Made by a program: the position numbers and the translations under genes. The notes below the pieces were generated by a model that worked only from the letters and a program-made list of their open reading frames with translations, had not been told where the DNA came from and made no database searches. A DNA stretch of 64,000 nt from Candidatus Acidiferrales bacterium (lineage in GTDB: Bacteria; Patescibacteriota; Microgenomatia; Levybacterales; UBA12049). Positions 34,314 through 44,746 of the stretch are shown piece by piece. Location: the NCBI GenBank assembly GCA_035533875.1, contig DATLSZ010000002.1:9622-73621 (forward strand), in the 5' to 3' direction. Every line of letters begins with the position of its first letter. The stretch's first letter is position 1.

Positions 34314-36560
34314 ATGGATAAAGCATACGATCCCAAGATAGCTGAGGCTACATTTTATAAAAAATGGGAAGACGCGGGTTATTTTACTCCCAAAATTGAT
34401 AAAAAGAAAAAGCCATTCACTATCATCCTTCCGCCACCAAACGCCAGCGGCAAAATGCATACCGGCAATGTGTTAATGATCGCAATTGAAGATTTACTTA
34501 TCAGATGGCACCGAATGAAAGGGGACGCGGCATTGTGGGTACCAGGGACCGATCATGCCGGAACAGAGACACAAATTACTTTTGAAAAGCAGCTGCAAAA
34601 ACAGGGAAAATCACGGTTTCAATACAGTAGGCAAGAACTCTATGATGAGATCTGGAAATTCGTGGAATCGAATAAAGGACAGATTGAAAGTCAGATTCGT
34701 CAAATGGGCGCAAGTGTGGATTGGTCACGGAACACCTTTACGCTTGATGACCGGGTGATTAAGACCGTCCATGAAACATTTAAAAAACTCGCAGCGGATA
34801 AATTATTATATAGGGGAGACTATATTGTTAATTATTGTACCAAGTGTGGAACGACATATTCGGACGTTGAATTAAAACATGAAGAACGGAAAGACCCGTT
34901 GTACTACCTCAACTATGGTCCTTTTGTCCTCGCTACCGTCCGTCCTGAAACCAAGTTTGGAGACACTGCAGTTGCGGTAAATCCCAAAGACAAACGATAC
35001 AAGAAATGGATTGGGAAAGAAATTGAAGTTGAAGGACTTATTGGTACATTTACGCTACGAGTAATCGGGGATCATTATGTTGACCCTGAGTTCGGAACGG
35101 GTGTCGTTAAGGTAACACCTGCACATGATAAAAACGACTTTGAAGCAGGATTACGTCATAACTTAGAAGTAAAGGCTGTTATAGATATTTCCGGTAAATT
35201 AAATGAGCGAGCAGGGAAATACGCAGGATTGAGTGTTTTTCAAGCACGAAAACAAGTTGTACAAGATCTGCAGGAGAAAGGTTTGATAGATCATATTGAT
35301 GAATCGTATCTTCATACGGTTGCGTTATGTAAGGCAGGGCATCCTATTGAGCCCTTGGTATTGCCAAATTGGTTTATCAATGTCGATGCGGAACATAAGT
35401 CATTGAAAAAGCCTGCCTATGAAGCAGTCAAAGATGGAGATATAAAGATCTTTCCAAAATGGCGGGAAGTGACGTATCTTCGGTGGATGGAAGAGATGCG
35501 GGATTGGCCTGTCTCTCGGCAGAATGTGTGGGGGATCAGAATACCTGTCTGGTATAAGGTTGATTCGAAGGCGTCAAATATTTATGTATGGTGGTTGAAT
35601 AAAAAGAAAGAACTACAGCATGGTACCGTTTCGCAATTTCTTGGAGAAGGGATTAGTTTGAAAGAAATCGAACAAGGATTGCAGCGGGTTTATGCGTTAA
35701 CAGGTAAATCAGAACCAGAATATATCATTTCATCCGATAAACCGGGGGAGGATTATCTTCCCGAAACCGACACCTTTGATACATGGTTCTCGTCCGGACA
35801 GTGGCCGTTGGTGACACTCGGGTATCCTGATTCCGAAGATTTCAAATATTTTTATCCGACAGCTGTTATGGAGACAGGATGGGAGATTATTAGATTATGG
35901 GTGTCGCGGATGATCATGTTTGGGTATTATCTCACGGAAGAACCACCGTTTAACGATGTGTATTTGCATGGAATCGTCCGAGCATTGGATGGAAGGAAGA
36001 TGAGTAAAAGCTTGGGAAATGTTATAAACCCGGATGAATATATTGAGCAATATGGCGTTGATGCCCTTCGGATGGGGCTAATTTCTGGTACGGCAAACGG
36101 AAAAGATTTTAATTTCCCCAAAGACAGAGTCATTGCCTTTAAACATTTTGCAAATAAGATTTGGAATATGGGAAGATTTCTTTTATTGATGCGCGAGCAG
36201 TACGGCAAGGAAATTCCCACCTATTCGGATGACCTGAAAGTAAAAGCGGAAGATAAAAAAATTCTTAAAGGACTGCAGCAACTGATTAAATCGGTTGACA
36301 CGTCGCTTGATAAATTCCGCTTTGCCGATGCGGCAGATGCCATATATCATTTTATGTGGCATGAGGTTGCGGACAAATATATTGAAAGCGTAAAAGAGCG
36401 AGAAGATAAAGATATTGCGTTATCCATATTGACGTATATTTATGTGACGTGTCTAAAGATATTGCATCCGTTCATGCCGTTTGTGACAGAAGCGATTTAT
36501 CAACAAATGCCCGGACATGGAGAATCTATTATGATTGCGGAGTGGCCTCTGATTTCTTGA
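34314..36560 (+). CDS. valS: valine--tRNA ligase (short form, 748 aa)
   Basis: HIGH-type PPPNASGKMHTGN, the KMSKS motif, and an editing-domain region (TVALCKAGHPIEPLVLPNWF). TATAAT plus a 7-nt gap precedes the ATG. Confidence 0.92.
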   Translation: MDKAYDPKIAEATFYKKWEDAGYFTPKIDKKKKPFTIILPPPNASGKMHTGNVLMIAIEDLLIRWHRMKGDAALWVPGTDHAGTETQITFEKQLQKQGKSRFQYSRQELYDEIWKFVESNKGQIESQIRQMGASVDWSRNTFTLDDRVIKTVHETFKKLAADKLLYRGDYIVNYCTKCGTTYSDVELKHEERKDPLYYLNYGPFVLATVRPETKFGDTAVAVNPKDKRYKKWIGKEIEVEGLIGTFTLRVIGDHYVDPEFGTGVVKVTPAHDKNDFEAGLRHNLEVKAVIDISGKLNERAGKYAGLSVFQARKQVVQDLQEKGLIDHIDESYLHTVALCKAGHPIEPLVLPNWFINVDAEHKSLKKPAYEAVKDGDIKIFPKWREVTYLRWMEEMRDWPVSRQNVWGIRIPVWYKVDSKASNIYVWWLNKKKELQHGTVSQFLGEGISLKEIEQGLQRVYALTGKSEPEYIISSDKPGEDYLPETDTFDTWFSSGQWPLVTLGYPDSEDFKYFYPTAVMETGWEIIRLWVSRMIMFGYYLTEEPPFNDVYLHGIVRALDGRKMSKSLGNVINPDEYIEQYGVDALRMGLISGTANGKDFNFPKDRVIAFKHFANKIWNMGRFLLLMREQYGKEIPTYSDDLKVKAEDKKILKGLQQLIKSVDTSLDKFRFADAADAIYHFMWHEVADKYIESVKEREDKDIALSILTYIYVTCLKILHPFMPFVTEAIYQQMPGHGESIMIAEWPLIS

Positions 36561-36614
36561 TTGGTGTGCACTGGACATTAAAAAATAATTGTGGTACATT
36601 CATTATGAAACCCC

Positions 36615-37034
36615 ATGAAACAAAAGCTGCCACAACCAAACGTTAATGTTATTGCTCTTTTCCCGAAGAATCTCCGATTTATTACCGAATACACGTTTAC
36701 TGAGGCGCAAAGTCATAATATCAAGGTTTTATTAGTCAGCGCAGTTTCCATATTTCTTCTCTCACTAATTTTTTTAGAAGGAATTACCATTTGGGCAAAT
36801 CTTAGGCAACAGGAAATACTCTCTCAACAACGAGTACAACTACAGCATGAAGTAACCTACTGGGAAGGAGTTGCTTCGAAATATCAAGGGTATCGTGATG
36901 TTTATTATCGTATTGCTGCATTGCAGTATAAATTGGGGAATATCGGTGAATCACAGAAGTATATTAAAAAAGCATTGGAGTTGGACCCGAATTTTCCTGA
37001 GGGCCATGTGCTCGGAGCACATGTTGGATTATAG
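36615..37034 (+). CDS. membrane-anchored TPR-repeat protein
   Basis: TM VLLVSAVSIFLLSLIFLEGITIW. TPR-like YYRIAALQYKLGNIGESQKYIKKALELDPNF. Confidence 0.6.
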   Translation: MKQKLPQPNVNVIALFPKNLRFITEYTFTEAQSHNIKVLLVSAVSIFLLSLIFLEGITIWANLRQQEILSQQRVQLQHEVTYWEGVASKYQGYRDVYYRIAALQYKLGNIGESQKYIKKALELDPNFPEGHVLGAHVGL

Positions 37035-37037
37035 CGA

Positions 37038-37766
37038 TTAGTTTTCTTTCTTTTCTTCTTGAGGATTGTCTTCAGACTGTTTCTCTTGTTGTTCTCCAGA
37101 AGCTTGTTCTTCTCCTTCAGGTTTTTCTCCGCCTTCACTTTCAGGTGTTTCCTCTTCGGCTGCAGCTCCGCCTTCTGTTCCCTCTGCAGGCACTTCCGGT
37201 TCAGGTTCTTCAGCAACCGGTTCAACAACTTTGGCAATTGTTTGTGCAGGATCAGTTAAGATCGTTACATCTTCTGGAGCTTTCAAGTCTGCGACGGTAA
37301 GCTGTTCACCGATTTCTGCAAGCGCCTCAACTGATATCTCAATATTTTCAGGGAGTTTGTCGGGAAGTGCTTCTATTTCAACATCAGAAAGATTTTGCAG
37401 TACCAGTCCGATTTTGTCGGTAACTGCTTTCGCTTCACCAAGAAGGACAATCGGAACGGTCGTCTTAACTTTTTCTTTCAGGTTGACCTGATAGAAATCG
37501 ACATGCAACAGTGTTCTTGTTACATGATTCATTTGGAGGTTTTTGATGAGGACTGGCTTGGTCTTTCCATCATAGGTAAGGTCGACAAGTCCTGTTTCTC
37601 CTGCTTCTTTATAGACTGTTTCAAAATCCGAAAGTATTATTTGCAGTGCATGAGAATTTAAGCCTTTGCCGTAGACATTGCCGGGAAGAAAGCCTTCACG
37701 TCTCAGCTTCTTAACTTTTTTGCCAAGAACCGTTCTCTCTTCTGCCTTTAATTGCGGATGTTTCAT
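37038..37766 (-). CDS. rplY: 50S ribosomal protein L25/general stress protein Ctc, with a long acidic C-terminal tail
   Basis: N-terminus LKAEERTVLGKKVKKLRREGFLPGNVYGKG, then the Ctc beta-barrel domains. The last ~60 aa are E/P/G-rich. Confidence 0.85.
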   Translation of the reverse strand: MKHPQLKAEERTVLGKKVKKLRREGFLPGNVYGKGLNSHALQIILSDFETVYKEAGETGLVDLTYDGKTKPVLIKNLQMNHVTRTLLHVDFYQVNLKEKVKTTVPIVLLGEAKAVTDKIGLVLQNLSDVEIEALPDKLPENIEISVEALAEIGEQLTVADLKAPEDVTILTDPAQTIAKVVEPVAEEPEPEVPAEGTEGGAAAEEETPESEGGEKPEGEEQASGEQQEKQSEDNPQEEKKEN

Positions 37767-37806
37767 AGGAAGAATTATACAGTAAAGTTGTATAATAAAG
37801 CAAGTT

Positions 37807-38283
37807 ATGCGAATTATTGGTATCGATCCGGGAATCGGCCGGACTGGGTGGGGGATAATAGACGTACTAAGTGCAAAGTTAACAGTTCACAGTTATGGGT
37901 GTATTGAGACCTCAAAAGATCTGCAGGTTGAGAAACGTCTTATAGAGCTCTACGAAAACATTAGTAATATTTTAAGTGAAGAAAAGCCTGACGCGTTTGC
38001 TATTGAAGAGTTATTCTTTAATACCAACGCAAAAACAGCAATGGTTGTCGGACAGGCAAGAGGCGTTATTTTGTTAGCAGCAGCACAGAAGAAGATACCT
38101 ATCAGTATTTATACGCCATTGCAAGTTAAAATTGCCGCGACAGGATATGGACGCGCGGAGAAAAATCAAGTAGGGCAGATGGTAAAAATACTGTTGCATT
38201 TGGATGCGATTCCCAAACCCGATGACACGGCAGATGCATTGGCTATCGCTCTAACTCACGCATTTTCGTATAAGATGAAGTAG
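37807..38283 (+). CDS. ruvC: crossover junction endodeoxyribonuclease RuvC
   Basis: MRIIGIDPGIGRTGWGII...EELFFNTNAKTAM...DTADALAIALTH (catalytic acidic residues). Confidence 0.92.
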   Translation: MRIIGIDPGIGRTGWGIIDVLSAKLTVHSYGCIETSKDLQVEKRLIELYENISNILSEEKPDAFAIEELFFNTNAKTAMVVGQARGVILLAAAQKKIPISIYTPLQVKIAATGYGRAEKNQVGQMVKILLHLDAIPKPDDTADALAIALTHAFSYKMK

Positions 38284-38284
38284 T

Positions 38285-38875
38285 ATGGTTATTTCAGTTG
38301 GCGCCTTGCTACGTGTTTTTACAATAATTTTATTTATTGCCTGGTGGTTTTATTGGACTATTACCGAACGCGAAGCAGATCGGGAAAAGCCGAAAACAGT
38401 AACCATCCCAGTTTCAGGTCTATTTCTTCGCAGGTGGTTTACACTCATAATAGAAGTAGTATTGCTTTTACAGTTACTTGGTTTACAAATACTTCCCTTG
38501 TCGGGCGATCCGTTTTTGGTACAAGTCATCGGGTTTGCGATAGTCGTTGCTGGCGTCAGTATTTCTTTTTCAGCAAGGAATACGCTTGGAACTAACTGGA
38601 CGCATGCTTATGAATACCAAGTAAAGAAAGGACATTCGTTGGTAACTAGCGGCATCTACGCATATATCCGGCATCCTATTTACACAGGGCTATATTTAGC
38701 TTTGATTGGCGGGGAACTTGTTGCACAGAGTTATGTTGCATTATTGTTTTTATTGCTGTTTATCGGTGGGCACTGGCAAGCTCGTCAAGAAGAAACTTTG
38801 CTACTTAAATATTTTGGAAGTTCGTATAAATCGTATATGAAACGTACGAAAATGTTTATTCCTTTTTTGTGGTAA
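38285..38875 (+). CDS. isoprenylcysteine carboxyl methyltransferase (ICMT)/phospholipid methyltransferase family membrane protein
   Basis: Four to five TM helices and LVTSGIYAYIRHPIYTGLYL, typical of the ICMT/PEMT family. Confidence 0.75.
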   Translation: MVISVGALLRVFTIILFIAWWFYWTITEREADREKPKTVTIPVSGLFLRRWFTLIIEVVLLLQLLGLQILPLSGDPFLVQVIGFAIVVAGVSISFSARNTLGTNWTHAYEYQVKKGHSLVTSGIYAYIRHPIYTGLYLALIGGELVAQSYVALLFLLLFIGGHWQARQEETLLLKYFGSSYKSYMKRTKMFIPFLW

Positions 38876-38885
38876 TATAGGCAGT

Positions 38886-39464
38886 ATGATCGGGATACTG
38901 AAAGGAGTTATCGAATATCGTGAAGACCCATATCTTATTGTTGATGTTAATGGTGTTGGATATAAAGTTTTAGTTCCCACATCCGTCTTATCAAAAATAG
39001 CCGGCACAGGCGAAACGATCAAGCTATATACACATACCCATGTCCGCGAGGATCTTCTCGAACTGTACGGATTTACCGACCCGACTGATCTGAAAATATT
39101 TGCCATGCTGATTAGTGTTTCGGGTGTCGGTTGCCGGACGGCACTTGGTATCTTCTCTGTCGGATCGCGAGCTGATATTGTGCAGGCGATCAGTACTGGT
39201 GACGTTACTTTTTTTACGTCAGTTCCCCGTCTTGGTAAAAAGAATGGGCAGAAGATCATTATTGAACTCAAGAATAAATTGGGTTCTGCTATTGATTTGG
39301 ATTTATCAGATGATTCCAACGGGGACCAGCGGGAGCTCGTAAGTGCACTGCAGGCATTAGGGTATTCGATGCATGAGGCACAGGAAGCGCTCAGGGGATT
39401 GGATGGCAAAGGGGAGACAGTTGAGGAAAAGGTACGGTTAGCGCTGAAACATTTCGGGAAGTAA
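38886..39464 (+). CDS. ruvA: Holliday junction DNA helicase subunit RuvA
   Basis: [11 protein letters not shown]...[13 protein letters not shown]...[13 protein letters not shown] (HhH motifs). Confidence 0.9.
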   Translation: MIGILKGVIEYREDPYLIVDVNGVGYKVLVPTSVLSKIAGTGETIKLYTHTHVREDLLELYGFTDPTDLKIFAMLISVSGVGCRTALGIFSVGSRADIVQAISTGDVTFFTSVPRLGKKNGQKIIIELKNKLGSAIDLDLSDDSNGDQRELVSALQALGYSMHEAQEALRGLDGKGETVEEKVRLALKHFGK

Positions 39465-39472
39465 TATTTGAT

Positions 39473-40513
39473 ATGGATAAATCAGCAAAAGCGAAAATAA
39501 ACGAGCAGACAGATAATCCTGAAGAAGAAGTCCTTATTACTTCTCTCCGTGCCGGTTCCTGGACGGAGTTCTATGGGCAGTCATCAGTTCGGACATCATT
39601 GCAGATCGCAATTGAAGCGGCGAAGAAACGGAGCGAGGCAATGGAGCACGTGTTGCTGTATGGACCACCTGGATTAGGAAAGACATCGCTTGCTCATATT
39701 ATCGCGAAAGAAATGAAGGCAAATATCCGTATCACCTCAGGTCCTGCTTTGGAACGGTCCGGAGACCTCGCTTCGATTCTTACCAACCTTGAAAGAGGCG
39801 ACATATTATTTATCGATGAAATCCACCGGTTGAATAAGGTCGTTGAAGAGACTCTTTATCCCGCGATGGAAGATTACGCTTTGGATATTGTGTTGGGGAA
39901 AGGACCATCTGCTCGAACGTTGAGGCTTGATCTCCCGCAGTTTACTATCGTCGGGACAACGACAAGAGCAGGAATGCTGTCAGCGCCGCTTCGTGACAGG
40001 TTTGGGGTCGTGCACCGGCTGAATTTTTATTCACCGGAGGAATTAGGGAGAATCATCACTGGTGCGGCAAAGAAGCTCAAAATCACTGTAGATCACGAAA
40101 GTATTCAAGAAATTGCCAAGCGGGCACGGGGAACACCGCGTATTGCATTGAAATTGTTAAAACGGGTACGCGACTATGCACAGGTAAAAGGTAAAGGACA
40201 TATCGATATAAAGGCGACGAATGAAGCACTTGCTATGCTTGAGGTTGATGAAAAAGGGCTAGATCCGTTGGACATGAAGTTTCTTAACGCAATTATTGAG
40301 AAACATAGCGGTGGGCCTGTCGGCATTGAGACAATTGCAGCGACATTGTCTGAAGATAGTGGAACGCTTGAAGACTTAGTAGAGCCGTATCTGCTACAGT
40401 TGGGATTTCTCAAACGCACCTCACGTGGACGAGTAGCGACAGAAGCAGCGTATACTCATGTCGGCATTGCCTTTCCAAAGCAGGGAAACGACAATCAACA
40501 TAAATTGCTTTGA
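39473..40513 (+). CDS. ruvB: Holliday junction DNA helicase RuvB
   Basis: [24 protein letters not shown] and [18 protein letters not shown]. Confidence 0.96.
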   Translation: MDKSAKAKINEQTDNPEEEVLITSLRAGSWTEFYGQSSVRTSLQIAIEAAKKRSEAMEHVLLYGPPGLGKTSLAHIIAKEMKANIRITSGPALERSGDLASILTNLERGDILFIDEIHRLNKVVEETLYPAMEDYALDIVLGKGPSARTLRLDLPQFTIVGTTTRAGMLSAPLRDRFGVVHRLNFYSPEELGRIITGAAKKLKITVDHESIQEIAKRARGTPRIALKLLKRVRDYAQVKGKGHIDIKATNEALAMLEVDEKGLDPLDMKFLNAIIEKHSGGPVGIETIAATLSEDSGTLEDLVEPYLLQLGFLKRTSRGRVATEAAYTHVGIAFPKQGNDNQHKLL

Positions 40514-40522
40514 GGTGTTAGA

Positions 40523-42307
40523 ATGAAATGGATGAAGCGGTTGGTGTTTTTCTCGTTATTATTGCTCCTGCTCTTTATCCCTCCTCGTGTTCATGCCGAT
40601 GACAGTTGGGTGATCGAAAATTTTCATTCGGATATAGCAATTCAACAAAAAGGAACCGTAAAGGTAGTTGAGAGAATAGCAGTTGATTTCCGTAATCAAC
40701 CAAAGCATGGCATCTACCGCGATATTCCGTATGAATATGATTCGGGTGGCAACAAAACCTACACGCAAGTCGACATTACCAGTGTATTACAAAATAATAC
40801 GCCTGCGCGCTATACGACAACCCAATCCAACGGCTATGAAGAAATCAAGATAGGTGATCCGAACCACACGATCACCGGAAGAACTGTTTATTCATTGACG
40901 TATACCGTCACCGGCGTGCTTCGCGGGTTCAACGATCATGATGAATTATATTGGAATGTTACCGGCAATGACTGGGCAGTCGTGATCCAAAAAGCCGAAG
41001 CAACGGTCTCATTACCAAAACAATGCATGATAAAGAGTACCTGCTATGAAGGATCATCCGGATCGCAAACACTTTGTCAATCAAAATCTGCATCGCCGCA
41101 AGTTGCCACATTTGCTGCAACAGAACCGCTGGGAGAGTATCAAGGATTGACGATTGTTGTAGGCTATAAGAAAGGATTAGTCCCTCTTTTGACAGCCAAA
41201 CCACCGAAGACTTTCCTGGAAAAATTTATCGAGTGGCCGTCAATCATGATATTCATTAGTACGGTTCTTATTGGTATAGGAGTTATCGGTTACTTGTGGT
41301 ATCGGTATGGAAGGGATTTCTGGTTTGCCGGTATATTATTTGGCACAAAGGATCAGCAAGGGAAAGCCAAACCAATTGGCGCACAGGAAACAACCTCCGT
41401 TGAATTTACTCCCCCTGAAAAGCTGCGGCCTGCCGAGATCGGTGTCCTTATGGATGAACGGGCGGATACCCTCGATGTTGTAGCAACGATTATTGATCTT
41501 GCAACGCGAGGATATCTGACGATCACAGAGGTGCCGAAGAAATGGCTATTTGGGAAAGTTGATTATCTGTTAACTAAGTCGACACCAAAACAGCGACTTA
41601 AAGCTCCGGAGATACTTAGCTATGAACAATTGCTTCTGGATAAGTTGTTTTATAAACGGAGTCAGATAAAAATATCAAGCTTGAAAAAGACATTTTATGA
41701 AGAATTGAAGGAAGTAAAACAAGCGCTTTATGATGATGTTGTCGCAAAGCAACTTTTTCCTTTTGATCCGGAAAAGACGAGAAAGAAATATCTTGTTGCT
41801 GGTATTGTGTTGGCGGCTCTTGGTGCAGGGTTATTTTTTCCGGCGCTAAATACAGATACTGTTTTATCTGCCGAGGTTGGATTGGGATTGATAGTCAGTG
41901 GAGGATTATTTCTCTTAATGTTCCGCTTTATGCCACGAAAAACTGCATATGGCAGGGAATTGTACCGAAGATCAAAAGGGTATTATCTTTTTATCGACAG
42001 AGCGGAGAAATATCGTCAGCGGTATTTTGAAAAAGAAAATATGTTTAATGAAGTACTGCCGTACGCTATTGTGTTTGGATTGACGAAGAAATTTGCAAAG
42101 AAGATGGAAACAATTGGATTAAAGCCTGAGCAAACAAGCTGGTACGTTGGATCACATGCATTTGCCACGGGAGCATTTCTGGGCAGCATTGATGATTTTT
42201 CTCACTCGATGTCTGCGGCTATGGCAACGACACCGTCAAGCAGCGGTGGGTTTTCAGGAGGATCATCAGGTGGCGGGTTTGGTGGCGGCGGCGGAGGAAG
42301 CTGGTAA
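40523..42307 (+). CDS. DUF2207 domain membrane protein with a Gly-rich C-terminus
   Basis: Signal peptide. N-terminal DUF2207-like domain (IENFHSDIAIQQKGTVKVVERIAVDF...GIYRDIP). Central and C-terminal TM helices. Tail SSSGGFSGGSSGGGFGGGGGGSW. SD GAGGTG upstream. Confidence 0.75.
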   Translation: MKWMKRLVFFSLLLLLLFIPPRVHADDSWVIENFHSDIAIQQKGTVKVVERIAVDFRNQPKHGIYRDIPYEYDSGGNKTYTQVDITSVLQNNTPARYTTTQSNGYEEIKIGDPNHTITGRTVYSLTYTVTGVLRGFNDHDELYWNVTGNDWAVVIQKAEATVSLPKQCMIKSTCYEGSSGSQTLCQSKSASPQVATFAATEPLGEYQGLTIVVGYKKGLVPLLTAKPPKTFLEKFIEWPSIMIFISTVLIGIGVIGYLWYRYGRDFWFAGILFGTKDQQGKAKPIGAQETTSVEFTPPEKLRPAEIGVLMDERADTLDVVATIIDLATRGYLTITEVPKKWLFGKVDYLLTKSTPKQRLKAPEILSYEQLLLDKLFYKRSQIKISSLKKTFYEELKEVKQALYDDVVAKQLFPFDPEKTRKKYLVAGIVLAALGAGLFFPALNTDTVLSAEVGLGLIVSGGLFLLMFRFMPRKTAYGRELYRRSKGYYLFIDRAEKYRQRYFEKENMFNEVLPYAIVFGLTKKFAKKMETIGLKPEQTSWYVGSHAFATGAFLGSIDDFSHSMSAAMATTPSSSGGFSGGSSGGGFGGGGGGSW

Positions 42308-42312
42308 TCTTG

Positions 42313-44673
42313 TTATAGCTGCAGCCGGAAGATATTCTGAAAAATTGGTGTAAACGTAATAATCAATTGTAAAAGGATGATGATCAACACGGTAAAAATA
42401 AGAAAGAGATGTCCCTTTTTTATTGAATGCCATCCAATACCAATGACGACCAATAATTCAAATAAGATTAGGAGATTGAATATTACTGTTCGTGCAACCT
42501 CTGTTGGGACGATGTCCAATAAATAAGTAAAAATACCCAAAAGCGCGGTTGCGATGGATAAACCGATTAACGCAATGACGAGAATTCGGTCGCGATCCAA
42601 AAGAGGAGCATGTGAGTCTCTCGGCATTTTTGATAATACTGAACCGTCTTTAATCCCAGTCGCGAGTGCAAGAGCGGGTAAACTGTCGGTAACTAAATTG
42701 ATCCAGAGAATTTGTGTTGGTAGTAAAGGAAGCGGTAAGTGGACTAATGTCGCAAAGAATACCAGCGATAATTCTGCCAGATTTCCTGCGATAAGATACA
42801 TGATAGCATTCAGGATATTTTTGTAGATAATACGTCCCTCTTCGATTGCCTTGATAAGCGTTGCAAAATTATTATCAGTAAGGACAATATCCGCTGCTTC
42901 TTTGGCAACATCGGTACCTCCATCTCCCATCGCAACACCGACATCGGCTCTTTTCAGAGCTAGGGAATCATTGACGCCATCTCCAGTTACACCAACGATT
43001 ATCCCCTGTTGTTTGAGCACTGTTACCAGTCTGAGTTTTTGCTCCGGCTCGGTTCGTGCAAACACACGGGTTTTGAAAATAATTTTTCCAATCTCGTCAT
43101 CGGTCATTTTTTCCAATTCTTCTCCTGTTACCACATCGTCATCTTTAGTAATGAGTCCAATTTCTTTTGCAAGACTGAGTGCTGTTAGTTCATTGTCGCC
43201 GGTGACCATGATTGCCTGAATGCCTGCGATGCGTGATTTACGGACAGCTTCTGCAACTTCAACACGGGGTGGGTCATACACTGCGATAAACCCAAGAAAC
43301 GTAAGATCTTTTTCAAGTTGTTCACGAGTTCGGTGTCCATCATGAGTGTCTTTTTTTGTTCCAAAACCGATGATCCGGAGTCCTTCTTTTGCAAGCTTTT
43401 CGTATGCATCTTCAATTTTTTTACGCTCAAAGGGAGACAGTTTACTATTCTCAAGAACTATTTCAGGCGCACCACGGACGAATACAAATTTTCCTTCGGG
43501 TTTTTTCCAGACAGTTGTTATTGTCTTGGTATCGGGGTCAAAGACATGCTCTTCTATATACTTTTCGTCAATGGCGGGCTGTAATTTGGCATCCTGTTTT
43601 TTTGCCCACTCCAGAAGCGCGCCATCTGTCTCATCACCAACAATTTCGAAGTCCTTTCCATCCCCTTTTTCAATTAACGATGCTGTATTACCGAGGAGAC
43701 AACAAGTAATAAGTTTGGAAAGATAACTTTCCTCTTTGAGCCAGTATTTTTTGACGCGCATGGCGTTTTGTGTGATCGTACCGGTTTTATCAGATAGGAT
43801 TACTTGTACTGCTCCGAGTGTCTCAATGGCTGTCATCTTACGGACAATTGCGTGATTTTTTGCCATGCGGTTTGTTCCTACGGCAAACGCGATCGTAACG
43901 ACTGCAGGCAGTCCTTCCGGAATTGCTGCGATTGCGATACTCGCGCTTACCAAAATAAGCGGAACAAGTGCAACATGATAAAAAATGCCGATAGGGATAA
44001 TTAAGAGGCCAACGGCTATTGCTGCGTAGGACAGCATCTTTCCTAACTGATCAAGATTTTTTTGCAGCGGTGCTTTCTCCGATTTTATAGTGGAAAGTGT
44101 TGATGCGATTTGTCCAAATTTCGTTTGCATGCCAGTTTTGGTAACGCGCATCAAACCGTTCCCTTGGAAGACCAATGTACCAAGTAAAACAGGCTCTGTT
44201 TTCTTTTTGATGACTGCAAGCGATTCACCGGTTAATATTGACTCATCGATTTCCAATTGTGCGTCGTCAATCAGTATCCCATCAGCAGGAACTCTATCTC
44301 CTTCTGAAAGAACGACAATATCATTGGGGACAAGTTGCTCGGCCAGTATAACCGTTTCCTTACCGTCTCTAATGACCAAAGCTTCAGGAGCAGTATATTC
44401 TTTGAGCTTTTCTAGCGATTTTTGCGCGCGATACTCCTGCGCAAAACCAAAAATTCCATTTATTACGATAATGCCGAAGATAAAGAAAGCATCTAGCGTG
44501 TCATGAATAAAAAGGGAAGCAAGCCCCGCAACAAATAAAATAGCGTTAATCGTTGAAGGAAATTGTGAGAGAAAAAGATCACGAACGGAAAATTTTGTTT
44601 CCGTTGTAATCTCATTTTTACCGTATTTATACAGACACTCCTGCGCCTCATGTTCTGTTAATCCCTTTTCCAT
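42313..44673 (-). CDS. P-type cation-transporting ATPase (type IIA, Ca2+/Mg2+-like)
   Basis: DKTGTITQN phosphorylation site, PEGLPAVVTIAFAVGTNRMAK, TGDGVNDSLALKRADVGVAMG, 8-10 TM helices. Confidence 0.92.
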   Translation of the reverse strand: MEKGLTEHEAQECLYKYGKNEITTETKFSVRDLFLSQFPSTINAILFVAGLASLFIHDTLDAFFIFGIIVINGIFGFAQEYRAQKSLEKLKEYTAPEALVIRDGKETVILAEQLVPNDIVVLSEGDRVPADGILIDDAQLEIDESILTGESLAVIKKKTEPVLLGTLVFQGNGLMRVTKTGMQTKFGQIASTLSTIKSEKAPLQKNLDQLGKMLSYAAIAVGLLIIPIGIFYHVALVPLILVSASIAIAAIPEGLPAVVTIAFAVGTNRMAKNHAIVRKMTAIETLGAVQVILSDKTGTITQNAMRVKKYWLKEESYLSKLITCCLLGNTASLIEKGDGKDFEIVGDETDGALLEWAKKQDAKLQPAIDEKYIEEHVFDPDTKTITTVWKKPEGKFVFVRGAPEIVLENSKLSPFERKKIEDAYEKLAKEGLRIIGFGTKKDTHDGHRTREQLEKDLTFLGFIAVYDPPRVEVAEAVRKSRIAGIQAIMVTGDNELTALSLAKEIGLITKDDDVVTGEELEKMTDDEIGKIIFKTRVFARTEPEQKLRLVTVLKQQGIIVGVTGDGVNDSLALKRADVGVAMGDGGTDVAKEAADIVLTDNNFATLIKAIEEGRIIYKNILNAIMYLIAGNLAELSLVFFATLVHLPLPLLPTQILWINLVTDSLPALALATGIKDGSVLSKMPRDSHAPLLDRDRILVIALIGLSIATALLGIFTYLLDIVPTEVARTVIFNLLILFELLVVIGIGWHSIKKGHLFLIFTVLIIILLQLIITFTPIFQNIFRLQL

Positions 44674-44746
44674 AAGTGAATAGTGACGAGTGAGTAGTGA
44701 ATTTACTTAAGGTTTTTCCTAATCGCTATTCACTAATTTCTAGTCA

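Noticed and set aside
37066-37491. 141-aa Ser-rich ORF opposite the rplY acidic tail
   Set aside because: It is a mirror image of the GAA/GAG-rich region encoding the L25 tail. It has no start context.
38801-39409. 202-aa ORF antisense to ruvA
   Set aside because: RuvA motifs on the plus strand are clear, and the antisense product has no features.
44674-44746. GTGA-rich direct and inverted repeats (AGTGAATAGTGAC...GCTATTCACT...GTCACTA) between comM and the P-type ATPase
   Set aside because: They are short and imperfect. They are plausibly just the comM terminator and ATPase promoter region, and nothing is testable by eye.
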